A stretch of 64,000 nucleotides of DNA from Flavobacteriales bacterium. Lineage in GTDB: Bacteria > Bacteroidota > Bacteroidia > Flavobacteriales_D > CAJJDF01. The stretch's first letter is position 1. The number at the start of each line of letters is the position of its first letter. The DNA lies in contig CBFHPW010000012.1 of assembly GCA_965657945.1 (NCBI GenBank), positions 2,109 to 66,108 on the forward strand. Reading direction: 5' to 3'. Below the pieces are notes generated by a model. It was not told the DNA's origin. It saw nothing but the letters and a program-made list of their open reading frames with translations, and did not search any database. Below, in pieces: positions 1-9,101 of the stretch. The position numbers and the translations under genes were made by a program.

Positions 1-2809
1 CAATTTGTGGCATTTTACCCTTCGTTGTTTTATTGGATAAAATAAATCTTTTAAGGGCGGCCCTGATTGATTTAGAACTAAATTTATAGTAATCATCATT
101 ATCATTTAAATCTATTATTATTCCAGAGCTTTCTGCTTTCAGTAAATTATGAATTAACTCGAGTCTATCCATTTTCCATAATTTACTCAGCAAATTAGCT
201 TCAAACTCCATCCCTATAAAAGCAGCACTGCCCAAGACTTTTAACACATCCTCTGAAAGTTTTGAAAATTTGGAATAATACAATTCTTCCATTCTATTTT
301 CTGCTGGCACTGTGTCCCAATCAATATCCGACTTCAGCGTTATCACTTTGTTGATTTCAACAAACATTTCTTTTTCGATCAAAAACTTTATTAACTCAAG
401 AATATACCTCGGATTCAAAGAACTCGTTTGGGTAATGAATTCTTCTATTTCGTCTATTGTTTTGGAAGAAATATGAATGCCGGTATTACTAGGTGATAAA
501 AATTTCTTCAGAAATCTTGCATTGATAATTTTGGCAATATGTAGCTCTTCGTCCATTTCTTTTTCCCATCTCTTGAATGAAAAAAGTTCAGTTTTTTTAG
601 AAATATTTTCAGCATGTTCTATTATCTCACCACACTTCTCATTATTTTTTTCAGACGTTGTGGTTATAAAAATGATTTTAGTGTCTCCATATTTTGAAAA
701 GTTTAATCTTGTAAATTGTTCCAATAATTCTTGGAATAAAATTTTTGTGTAATCATCTATCCAATGTAAATCTTCAATTATAATTAAGATATTTTTTCCA
801 TCTTGCTTCTTTGCTAAATTTAGAAGATGATTTGAAATTCCTTGGGAAATTTCATTCGTAGAAGCTCCATCAAATGAAGGCTCATTATTAGCCAGAGTGT
901 CAGCAATCCCATCCATTCCAACAACTCCCAGAATAGGACTAGCCTTATCAATAAGATCCAAGGCAGCTTTATTACCTTTATAAAAGATCCCCTCTCCTAT
1001 AAATTCTTCGAATGCCTCCTGAAAAGGTTCATAAGGAATCGTAGCTCCCTCTTGATCTTCATCACAATCACCATAAAAAGAATGATAACGAGTCTTATTA
1101 CTATCCATAAAATCTTTGAGGAAAGTAGTCTTTCCTATACCTGACTCTCCTTCAATGTGAAGATGAGTAACTCCTTTGGAACAAGATGTAATCTCATTTA
1201 TTGTATCTTGAAATTTCTCATTAAAATCGACTAAAATTGCTTTATTTGAATCGGTTAACTGAAAAGAAATAATCTTTTTTAGTTTAAGCAATTGTGTTTC
1301 GTCTTTCTCCATTTCTGAAAGGGCCACACTTGATATATTTTTCTTTTTTCTTAAAACAAGAAATGGAATAATTGCAGTAATTAAAGAAATACCTAATGCA
1401 AGATATGCCATTGGACTTGGTCTCAAAACACCTCCAATTTTTAACAACTCATGAAGTACTAAACCTAAAGGCAGGAAAAACAACACAGGAGTAATCAAAA
1501 AGATATAATTCTTATTTTTCTTATATCCCTTTGCCATCCAATAAGAACTGCCCAAGGAAACAAAGAAGGAGGCCAATACATAGGTTAGAATAAGACTGAG
1601 ATTTAGTTCCTCAGAAATATATACAAAACTCGCCTTGAGAAAAGGAAGAACTAAAGCAATTGAAGCTGAATAAAGAAAAAGAAAAATTAATGGAAAACTA
1701 TCTGAGAATCTTCGTTTTACGATCAATCCAACTAATACGAATAAAAGAACTGGTGTAATTACAATCAATTCGGTTAGAAGGTATGGCCAGAGCTTGACAA
1801 GCGGCTCTCCCATAAAGTCTAAACCTTGCGGTGCTATCAATGACAATCCAGTTAAAACTCCAAATGAGGAAGCAACCCCCAACACAAGCCCAATAGCTAA
1901 AGATAATACCAAATTCAAAATGGAACCTAATTGACCTAGTCTTCTTTTTAACACTATAAAAGTCATTATACCAAATAAAAGAGTAAACAGCAAAAACGGC
2001 AAAAAGTAAAGAAAAAAAGATCCTGTTTTTCCTTGCATGTTCACGCTAAACCCTTCAGAATAAGTATCTGAGATTTTAAGGTTTTTTACTAAATCAAAGA
2101 ATTCAAATTTAGCTCCAACATACGATACTTCATTTGAATTATCGTATTCCATTACACTTACCTTCCCAAGGTAAATGGTATTAAAAAAATCTCCTAATTT
2201 CCCTAAATCATCCGACCCCTCAATTTGACTTTTACCTAAAATTTGTGAGATTTCATAGTCAGAAATGACATACATTTTTGAATTGTTATTTAAAAACTGA
2301 ATTGAAACCTCCTTTAATGCTGAATCACCCTTTATATCAACAATGCAATATAGCAAGACATCTTTTAGCTCTTTTGATGGCTTATAAATACCTGATTCAA
2401 GAAGAGAATTTAAAGCTGATTCTGCAGCTATTTCTAAAGGTTCATCATAATATTCAAATTCTGAATATTGATTGGTTAAAAAAGGAATGAGCGGATAAAC
2501 TCCATTTACGTTATCCGCGGTAACTTCTATCAATTCCTCCAGCTGCTTTTCAAAAGAATTGATTGATCTGATGTATTCTATCTCACAGTTTTTTTGCAAA
2601 TTCGCAGAAATCAAAATTTTCTTTGCTGACTGCAAATGATCCAACGATAATTTGGCTTCGTGATAGCTGTTTTGTCGAACTCTAGAAAGCCAGTGTAAAC
2701 TATTTGCTCGGTTCAAATGGTAATCTACTTCAATATTTTTACAAGAATCGTTGCTCCAAGAAAAGACTATTTGACAAAAGAAATAGGTAAATAAGAATAT
2801 TTTTTTCAT
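1..2809 (-). CDS. Signal peptide + extracellular domain + 7 TM helices + STAND-type (AAA_16/MalT-like) P-loop ATPase; runs off the window edge (936 codons visible)
   Basis: Not in the ORF track; translated by hand. The frame is open from ATG 2809 (MKKIFLFTYFFCQIVFSWS) to base 1. Seven hydrophobic segments lie at 2017-1352. Walker A GESGIGKT is at 1150-1127 and Walker B LIIIEDLHWID at ~787-755. These are followed by NPRYILEL and LGSAAFIGMEFEANLL, typical of STAND helical/winged-helix regions. Confidence 0.85.
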   Translation of the reverse strand, partial: MKKIFLFTYFFCQIVFSWSNDSCKNIEVDYHLNRANSLHWLSRVRQNSYHEAKLSLDHLQSAKKILISANLQKNCEIEYIRSINSFEKQLEELIEVTADNVNGVYPLIPFLTNQYSEFEYYDEPLEIAAESALNSLLESGIYKPSKELKDVLLYCIVDIKGDSALKEVSIQFLNNNSKMYVISDYEISQILGKSQIEGSDDLGKLGDFFNTIYLGKVSVMEYDNSNEVSYVGAKFEFFDLVKNLKISDTYSEGFSVNMQGKTGSFFLYFLPFLLFTLLFGIMTFIVLKRRLGQLGSILNLVLSLAIGLVLGVASSFGVLTGLSLIAPQGLDFMGEPLVKLWPYLLTELIVITPVLLFVLVGLIVKRRFSDSFPLIFLFLYSASIALVLPFLKASFVYISEELNLSLILTYVLASFFVSLGSSYWMAKGYKKNKNYIFLITPVLFFLPLGLVLHELLKIGGVLRPSPMAYLALGISLITAIIPFLVLRKKKNISSVALSEMEKDETQLLKLKKIISFQLTDSNKAILVDFNEKFQDTINEITSCSKGVTHLHIEGESGIGKTTFLKDFMDSNKTRYHSFYGDCDEDQEGATIPYEPFQEAFEEFIGEGIFYKGNKAALDLIDKASPILGVVGMDGIADTLANNEPSFDGASTNEISQGISNHLLNLAKKQDGKNILIIIEDLHWIDDYTKILFQELLEQFTRLNFSKYGDTKIIFITTTSEKNNEKCGEIIEHAENISKKTELFSFKRWEKEMDEELHIAKIINARFLKKFLSPSNTGIHISSKTIDEIEEFITQTSSLNPRYILELIKFLIEKEMFVEINKVITLKSDIDWDTVPAENRMEELYYSKFSKLSEDVLKVLGSAAFIGMEFEANLLSKLWKMDRLELIHNLLKAESSGIIIDLNDNDDYYKFSSKSIRAALKRFILSNKTTKGKMPQI

Positions 2810-2867
2810 TTATTTTAACTGTAAAATTTAAACTAGATTTTTTGTATTGCTATCAGTAACAAACTCT

Positions 2868-2924
2868 TAATTAAGTCACAATATAATTAAATTTAAAAAA
2901 CTTAAATTGGATTTTCAGTGTTTT
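2868..2924 (+). repeat. 57-bp AT-rich element, copy 1 (inverted relative to 3707-3763)
   Basis: TAATTAAGTCACAATATAATTAAATTTAAAAAACTTAAATTGG... matches the reverse complement of 3707-3763 at 53/57 positions (hand alignment). Confidence 0.8.
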
Positions 2925-3002
2925 GGAAACAATAATTAGTTTGTAGGAAAGAAATAAAAAAATAAAAATGCTATATTGTGGTTGAGAAATAAATAAAGTT
3001 AA

Positions 3003-3371
3003 ATGGCTGAAGAAATAATTGTTGATGGTAGCAGATATGTAAAAAAAAACAATCAAGGATCTGATGATAATAGTTTAGGAGGAGGTTGTAGTTCGGTAGT
3101 ATATTTAATATTAGTATTAGGGGGCCTATTTATATACGGTGGATTTGATTATATTTCACGTTGGTTTGATGAAGAAAATGAATATCGAATTGGCGTAAAA
3201 ACTGCGAACTTTAGAGAGGAACCCACGAAAAACAGTAAAGTTTTAAAAAAATTAAGCAAAGGAGAATCCATTTTTATAATTGAAGATACCAACATCATTA
3301 ACGAGAATTGGGCAAAAGCTATTTCTGAGGAAGATACTGGCTGGATATACAAAACACTAATCTCAAAATAA
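3003..3371 (+). CDS. Single-TM protein with C-terminal bacterial SH3 domain
   Basis: TM segment VVYLILVLGGLFIYGGF, then ANFREEPTKNSKVLKKLSKGE...W...GWIYKTL (SH3_3-like pattern). Confidence 0.75.
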   Translation: MAEEIIVDGSRYVKKNNQGSDDNSLGGGCSSVVYLILVLGGLFIYGGFDYISRWFDEENEYRIGVKTANFREEPTKNSKVLKKLSKGESIFIIEDTNIINENWAKAISEEDTGWIYKTLISK

Positions 3372-3561
3372 TTCTTGACGACAGCTAAGTACTTTGGATA
3401 AAGTTAACATTTAAGTTATAGTTAGTTGAATATGAGTAGTAAAAAGTTCGTCTAACAGAATAATAATCTTAGTATAATTAACAACCTCGACTCTCCCATT
3501 TAATTTGGGTCTTTTAACCTATAAATCAAAAAGATTTCTTAAAGATTAAATCACCTTAAAT

Positions 3562-3703
3562 TTAAAAAGAAAACTCAATCTCTACCCTTCTGTTTTTTTC
3601 TCGGTTGTTCTCTGAATCATTTGTATAAATGGACTCAAGATCTCCTCTACCCTCATACCTTAAACTACTCTTTTTAATTCCATTTTGGATCAAATACTCA
3701 TAT
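3562..3703 (-). pseudogene. Inverted duplicate of the last 142 nt of the OmpA-domain gene (5174-5315)
   Basis: The reverse complement matches 5174-5315 at 138/142 nt, ending at the same TAA. It has no start codon or upstream coding part. Confidence 0.9.
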
Positions 3704-3706
3704 TTT

Positions 3707-3763
3707 AAAAAACTTAAAATTCAATTTAAGTTTTTTAAATTTAATTATTTTGTGACTTAATTA
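3707..3763 (-). repeat. 57-bp AT-rich element, copy 2
   Basis: Reverse complement of 2868-2924 (53/57). It sits 3 nt from the ompA-tail duplicate. Confidence 0.8.
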
Positions 3764-3900
3764 TCATTAGGTCTAATTGATTTAAACATCATGTTTATTT
3801 TTTCTTAAGATTTTAGAGGTTTGTTAACCAAAAAAAACATCAGTCATAAGCGATTAGTAAAATTTAATTATTTTTACATTGTTTCAAATAAAATCATAAC

Positions 3901-4326
3901 ATGAAAGGAAAAAAAAGGTCTCTTCTTTTTAGAGTAATTATTCCATTTGGAATCTTATTGGGATATTTAATTTATAAATTCAATTCAGAGCCAGATACCT
4001 CTTGGTTTCCGATAGCAATCATTTCAATAGTTGGAATTTACTTCGTTTATTGGTTAATTCAGTGGGCCGCTAAATGTCCCTCTTGTTTGTGTTGGTCAGC
4101 TGATGAGGTAACAGGAAAGAAATTAACAGATTATAGTGATTACGTCACACATGAAACAGAAACTACACGAGAAGAGAAGAGATTCGGTGACGATTTATTG
4201 GTAACAAAAAATTACCAAGTAACATCGTCAACAACCAAATACAAAGTTTCTCATAAGTGTAAATTTTGTAATCATCAATGGACAACAAATAAAACAGAGA
4301 GATCCACTAATAAAAGAAGGGTATAA
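3901..4326 (+). CDS. Two-TM membrane protein with a split zinc-ribbon (CxxC...CxxC)
   Basis: Two N-terminal hydrophobic helices, then CPSC and CKFC separated by a Thr/Glu-rich beta-type segment. Confidence 0.7.
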   Translation: MKGKKRSLLFRVIIPFGILLGYLIYKFNSEPDTSWFPIAIISIVGIYFVYWLIQWAAKCPSCLCWSADEVTGKKLTDYSDYVTHETETTREEKRFGDDLLVTKNYQVTSSTTKYKVSHKCKFCNHQWTTNKTERSTNKRRV

Positions 4327-4412
4327 TCAGATAAACGAGAATAGCTTTTTTAATTTGAATATTTGTTTTTTTAAAAAAACATTCTTTTCAGAGTATATTA
4401 ATTTGACATTAA

Positions 4413-5315
4413 ATGAATTTAAAAATAAAAACTACTATTGTATTAGCTTCAGTATTTTTATACAGTTGTGAATTCGAGAATTCCTCAAAAATTAATTCTT
4501 ATAGTATTGAGGATAAGAAAGAACAACTCCATATAAAAACGGATAGTTCAAACACAAATATTGTCTTAAGCCAAGGGCAAGAAAAACCTTCGAATTCCAT
4601 ACCAAAGGCAGAATGGGCTAATCCAGTTATGAATATTTATGGTACAAATTTGGGAGAATACATTAAGGCCTTATTTATTACCTATCAATTTGATGAAATT
4701 TTAAAATTTATTTATTACCCCAGTTGTTATGATGAAGAATCAATTAAGTATTATTTGTTAAATAGCAACTTTGGTTATGATATCAACTTGACTAATTTTA
4801 GATGGAAAAATGACTCTCTTTTTCAATTGTCATATAAGGCTATAAAAAACAACACAAGTTCTTTAGATATATTTCATGGAATGGTTGTTAATGACACGGC
4901 TAAACTTTTCTTTTATCCGAATAATTCAAATCCATTTAAATCCAATGGTATAGATGAATTTAATGAACTGTGTGATTTAAAAGTAAATTTGGAAAATATA
5001 AATTTTGATTTTAATAGTGCAAAGATTCAAAGTAATTCAATTAGTTCCTTGAAAGAAATATTAAAATATATAAGACAAAATAATGCAAATCAAATAATGA
5101 TTGTAGGTCACACATCCTCAGAAGGTTCAAAGTCCTTTAATATGGAATTAAGTAGATTAAGGGCTAAATCTGTATATGAGTATTTGATCGAAAATGGAAT
5201 TAAAAAGAGTAGTTTAAGGTATGAGGGTAGAGGAGATCTAGAGCCCATTTATACAAATGATTCAGAGAAAAACCGAGAAAAAAACAGAAGGGTAGAGATT
5301 GAGTTTTCTTTTTAA
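4413..5315 (+). CDS. Lipoprotein with C-terminal OmpA-like peptidoglycan-binding domain
   Basis: Lipobox LYSC; INFDFNSA, IVGHTSSEG, NMELSRLRAKSV and NRRVEIEF are OmpA_C motifs. Confidence 0.9.
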   Translation: MNLKIKTTIVLASVFLYSCEFENSSKINSYSIEDKKEQLHIKTDSSNTNIVLSQGQEKPSNSIPKAEWANPVMNIYGTNLGEYIKALFITYQFDEILKFIYYPSCYDEESIKYYLLNSNFGYDINLTNFRWKNDSLFQLSYKAIKNNTSSLDIFHGMVVNDTAKLFFYPNNSNPFKSNGIDEFNELCDLKVNLENINFDFNSAKIQSNSISSLKEILKYIRQNNANQIMIVGHTSSEGSKSFNMELSRLRAKSVYEYLIENGIKKSSLRYEGRGDLEPIYTNDSEKNREKNRRVEIEFSF

Positions 5316-5729
5316 TTTAAAAGTGTTTAAAACATAATCAATGTCCTAATATTAACAATTACAGATAGGTTATATTACCTGTTTTTTTAACACTTATTTA
5401 TCGTTGTGATCATTATTAATAAAATTTAAACGCTTAATTTTTCTTTTAACAAAGTGGAACTAGGATTAAATTAATTTTTTCTTATGACTAAATTATGTCA
5501 CATGGAATGTTGAGCATACGAAACTTTCAGTTTTTTGATTCTATTTTTGACGCAAACAGTAATTGTTTAACTAAATATCTGATTAATTACTTTCTTATGC
5601 CGAAAAACAGATGAATTAAATTATTTCTTCCTCAGCAGAATAAGAAACAATAAGAAACGAACATAGTTTCTCTGTTATTTTTCTAGTTTAAAGCAAAAAA
5701 ACTTAATTTTATTATGAAAAAATAAAGAC

Positions 5730-6887
5730 ATGAATAAAATATCACCCCACACTTTGGCTCTTGGTTTTGTTTACAACTACACTATAGAAGCAGATGAATA
5801 TATTTCTGATGAAGAAGTAAATACTCTGAAAGAATATAGATTATACAATAAGTATAATGTTGAAGGTTATGTAAATAATGATTTTAAGGGCGAAGAAGAA
5901 GATTTAAATATACGACTTGATCTTGCTTTTGAGATTATTAACGATAAGTTATCAAAGGCAGATCTTCAGGAACTGCTATATGAGATAACCAAACTTATCT
6001 TTGCAGATGGAGAGCTAGATGAGCTTGAAGAAACCGTGTTTGGGGCAATTTGTTCAAGAATAAATTTATCAAAAGAGGAACAAGAACAAGCTATGGGTAA
6101 ATATTCCGATGAGCTAAATGAGAAATTAAAATCTATAAAACAGGAAATGGCGGAACCAGATATGGAAATCTCTCAAGAGATACTGCAACATACTCAGGCT
6201 CTTGGTTTTGTTTACTTCTACACTGTAGCTGCAGACGGGGACATTTCTGATGAAGAAGTAAATACTCTGAAAGAATATAGATTATACAATAAGTATAATG
6301 TTGAAGGTTCTGTAAATGATGAATTTAAGGGCGAAGAAGAAGATTTAAATATACGATTTGATCTTGCTTTTGAGATTATTAACGATAAGTTATCAAAGGC
6401 AGATCTTCAGGAACTGCTATATGAGATAAACAAACTTATCTTTGCAGATGGAGAGCTAGATGAGCTTGAAGAAACCGTGTTTGGGGCAATTTGTTCAAGA
6501 ATAAATTTATCAAAAGAAGAACAAGAACAAGCTATGGGTAAATTTTCCGATGAGCTAAATGAGAAATCAAAATCTATAAAACAGGAAATGGCGGAACCAG
6601 ATATAGAAATCTCTCAAGAAATATCGAATGACTTGTCTGCTGAAAAAATTGCAGAGTACGAGGCCAAAATCATAGAATTAATTAGTTTAAAAAAAGTAAA
6701 AGACGCCATATTATATTGCGCTTCAAACTTTGGTTACTCCAAAGAAGAAGCTCAGAAAAAAGTAAGGGATTTAGCTGATAAAAATGGATTTAGTAGCGTT
6801 TATTCAAAGTATGAGAATAAAAATACATTCATAGGATTGGCGATTATAATTCTAATTATAATTCTTTTTTTTAAAGCATGCAATTAA
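5730..6887 (+). CDS. Tandem TerB-like domain protein with C-terminal helical domain and TM anchor
   Basis: Two 147-aa units with ADG(D)ISDEE...IFADGELDELE, a TerB-like pattern. The C-terminal KKVKDAILY...SKEEAQKKV resembles L7/L12-CTD-like domains. Terminal TM FIGLAIIILIIILFF. Confidence 0.7.
   Translation: MNKISPHTLALGFVYNYTIEADEYISDEEVNTLKEYRLYNKYNVEGYVNNDFKGEEEDLNIRLDLAFEIINDKLSKADLQELLYEITKLIFADGELDELEETVFGAICSRINLSKEEQEQAMGKYSDELNEKLKSIKQEMAEPDMEISQEILQHTQALGFVYFYTVAADGDISDEEVNTLKEYRLYNKYNVEGSVNDEFKGEEEDLNIRFDLAFEIINDKLSKADLQELLYEINKLIFADGELDELEETVFGAICSRINLSKEEQEQAMGKFSDELNEKSKSIKQEMAEPDIEISQEISNDLSAEKIAEYEAKIIELISLKKVKDAILYCASNFGYSKEEAQKKVRDLADKNGFSSVYSKYENKNTFIGLAIIILIIILFFKACN
5756..6619 (+). 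repeat. Intragenic tandem duplication, period 441 nt
   Basis: 5756-6178 vs 6197-6619 differ at about 19 of 423 nt (hand count). Confidence 0.95.
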
Positions 6888-7189
6888 AAACAGCACATGA
6901 GCTGGTAAAATATAAAACTACATTGTGCTTTGTTTTAATTGTGATAGGGTAAGCCATTTTCCCTTTTTGAAATATTTACAATGTCCACTTAGCCGATGAA
7001 ACCACGGATAAATTAATTCTTGCTCGAATCTCATTCGCGAATTGGATTTTTGGATTGAAAAGAGAAAAAATAATTTAATTTAAAATAGTTGATTTTTCAC
7101 TTTTAAGTTTGGCTCAAAAATGAGTTTGAGACGTTATTCTAATTGAATAAATAGAATGATTTCTAATACAACAAAAATATCTTTAACAC

Positions 7190-7630
7190 ATGTCAAAAGT
7201 CAAATCATTATTTAAACTAATTTTAGAGATTACAATTGTTTTATATGTCTTTATAGCTTTAAAACAAATGAGAAAGATTCAATGGCTTTATTATTTCTTC
7301 TTGTGGTTTTTCTCGCTTCTTGCCGCCTTGTTTCCGGCCTCCCTAATACACGTTTTAGTAGCTGGCTCGAATTCACTCGGTAACATTCTTTACTTGCCCT
7401 GGACTTTTTATTTATTGTACATTCCATTTACACTAGTCATATTCTGGATGGCAAACGGAATTGTAAACTCTGTTTTAATTGCAATAGGAGAAGAGGATAA
7501 AGCAGGAAAGAATACGAAACATGTAATAATTGGATTTCTTCTGGTTTTAATCACCCTACATTTAGCTACCGGAGGCATAAGCGAGATGAAAAGAAAAGAT
7601 GAGGCATACAAACGACAACTATCACGTTAA
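7190..7630 (+). CDS. Hypothetical multi-TM membrane protein
   Basis: 146-aa ORF with about four hydrophobic segments. Confidence 0.65.
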   Translation: MSKVKSLFKLILEITIVLYVFIALKQMRKIQWLYYFFLWFFSLLAALFPASLIHVLVAGSNSLGNILYLPWTFYLLYIPFTLVIFWMANGIVNSVLIAIGEEDKAGKNTKHVIIGFLLVLITLHLATGGISEMKRKDEAYKRQLSR

Positions 7631-7685
7631 ACGAAAAAAAATTAAATTAGATACTATGATTCCATCAATAATTCGTAAATAACAA

Positions 7686-8165
7686 ATGATCAACTCAACA
7701 AAACCATTAATTTATATTGACATGGATGGTGTATTGGCAGATTTAGCAGAAGGCGCAAAAATTAATCCACTAAACAAGGAAGGAGCATTCAATGACAAAC
7801 CAGATGAAATTCCTAATGTATTCAGAAATCTTCCTGAAATACCTAACGCCATATTATCAGTAAAAACACTACTAGAAAGTAATAAATATGACATTTTCAT
7901 TCTGACAACTGCACCATGGGATAATCCATCGGCATGGATAGATAAAAGATTGTGGATAGAAGAAAAATTTGGCGATTCTTTCAAGAAAAAATTAATAATC
8001 TCACATAGGAAGGACCTTCTTAATGGCGACTTTCTTATAGATGACAGAACAGCTAATGGCGCAGGTGAATTTCAAGGTGAACACCTTCATTTCGGATGGG
8101 ATTATGTAAATAAAAAATTTAATCAATTTAAAGATTGGAAATCCATTTTAGATAAACTTATTTAA
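7686..8165 (+). CDS. 5'(3')-deoxyribonucleotidase (NT5C-type HAD phosphatase)
   Basis: IYIDMDGVLAD (HAD motif I), LTTAPW, K..WIEEKFG, SHRKDLLNGDFLIDDR. Confidence 0.9.
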   Translation: MINSTKPLIYIDMDGVLADLAEGAKINPLNKEGAFNDKPDEIPNVFRNLPEIPNAILSVKTLLESNKYDIFILTTAPWDNPSAWIDKRLWIEEKFGDSFKKKLIISHRKDLLNGDFLIDDRTANGAGEFQGEHLHFGWDYVNKKFNQFKDWKSILDKLI

Positions 8166-8293
8166 TTAACCCATTAACTTTCATTTACCAAACTCACTAC
8201 TATCACTTTTAAATTAATGATGTATAATTTTAAAAATCAACTATTTAAAAAAAACACTTAAATTCAAGGTGCACAAATAAAACATTACTATCT

Positions 8294-8905
8294 ATGACCA
8301 CATATTCAAAGGTAATTATTCTTTTACATGGCTTTAATTCTGCACCAGGACGAAAATATGAACAAATTAAAAGCTATTTAACAGAATGTAATTTAAATGA
8401 TAAGTGCGAATTAATTGCACCAAAATTAAATGTTAATCCTAAGAGCGCAATTCAGGAAATTAACAACTTAATTATAACTAATAAGGACAAAACTGTATTT
8501 CTAATAGGAACATCACTGGGTGGTTTTTATGCCAACTATTTCAGGGCAAAATTCCAAGGAAACTTTCTTTATGTTCACAGCATTAATCCAAGTTGGACAC
8601 CCTCGAAATCTTTAAGGAAATATAAAAACAAAGAACTTTCCAATTTTAAAACTCATGAAGCCTACTTATTTAAAGATTCATACTTAACTCAATTAGAGAA
8701 ATTTGAAAACTTCATCACTTCTCACCTTGAAAGCCCATCGAAAGAGCACTATTCTATCCATTTGTCCCAATCAGATGATGTATTAAAATTCGAAACTATG
8801 TTGGAATTCCTGAAAAAGAAACAAATTAAATTTCAAAAAAAAGAATACGAATCGGACCATAGATTCGATAAAATAAAGGAAGTAATGAAGCTTCTATTAT
8901 TGTAA
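8294..8905 (+). CDS. YqiA/YcfP-like alpha/beta hydrolase (esterase)
   Basis: LHGFNS, nucleophile elbow GTSLGGFYA, INP, SDDVL and DHRF. Confidence 0.85.
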   Translation: MTTYSKVIILLHGFNSAPGRKYEQIKSYLTECNLNDKCELIAPKLNVNPKSAIQEINNLIITNKDKTVFLIGTSLGGFYANYFRAKFQGNFLYVHSINPSWTPSKSLRKYKNKELSNFKTHEAYLFKDSYLTQLEKFENFITSHLESPSKEHYSIHLSQSDDVLKFETMLEFLKKKQIKFQKKEYESDHRFDKIKEVMKLLLL

Positions 8906-8918
8906 TAATTAAGAATAA

Positions 8919-9098
8919 ATGAAAGTTTTTATAGTATTAAAAGAATATGACGAAACCGGCTTTTCCAAAGAAATTGATGTGTTTTCAAACTATAAAGATG
9001 CCGAAAAATTCAAGCGCCAAGTAGAGTTTGATTATTTTTATATTTCACACTTTAAACAAGCCGTAATAATTGAAGAAGAAGTTAAACAAACCGAATAG
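8919..9098 (+). CDS. 59-aa small protein (below ORF-track cutoff)
   Basis: MKVFIVLKEYDETGFSKEIDVFSNYKDAEKFKRQVEFDYFYISHFKQAVIIEEEVKQTE*. It fills the gap between two co-directional genes with 13- and 3-nt spacers. Confidence 0.65.
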   Translation: MKVFIVLKEYDETGFSKEIDVFSNYKDAEKFKRQVEFDYFYISHFKQAVIIEEEVKQTE

Positions 9099-9101
9099 AA
9101 G

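Noticed and set aside
477-752. ORF-track plus-strand ORFs at 477-752 and 2278-2490, and 2871-3056/3149-3352 on the minus strand
   Set aside because: These are antisense shadows of the 7TM-STAND and SH3 genes or low-complexity intergenic frames, with no motifs.
5636-5680. AATAAGAAAC direct repeat followed by a partial inverted copy upstream of the TerB gene
   Set aside because: Short, AT-rich and imperfect; cannot be distinguished from chance.
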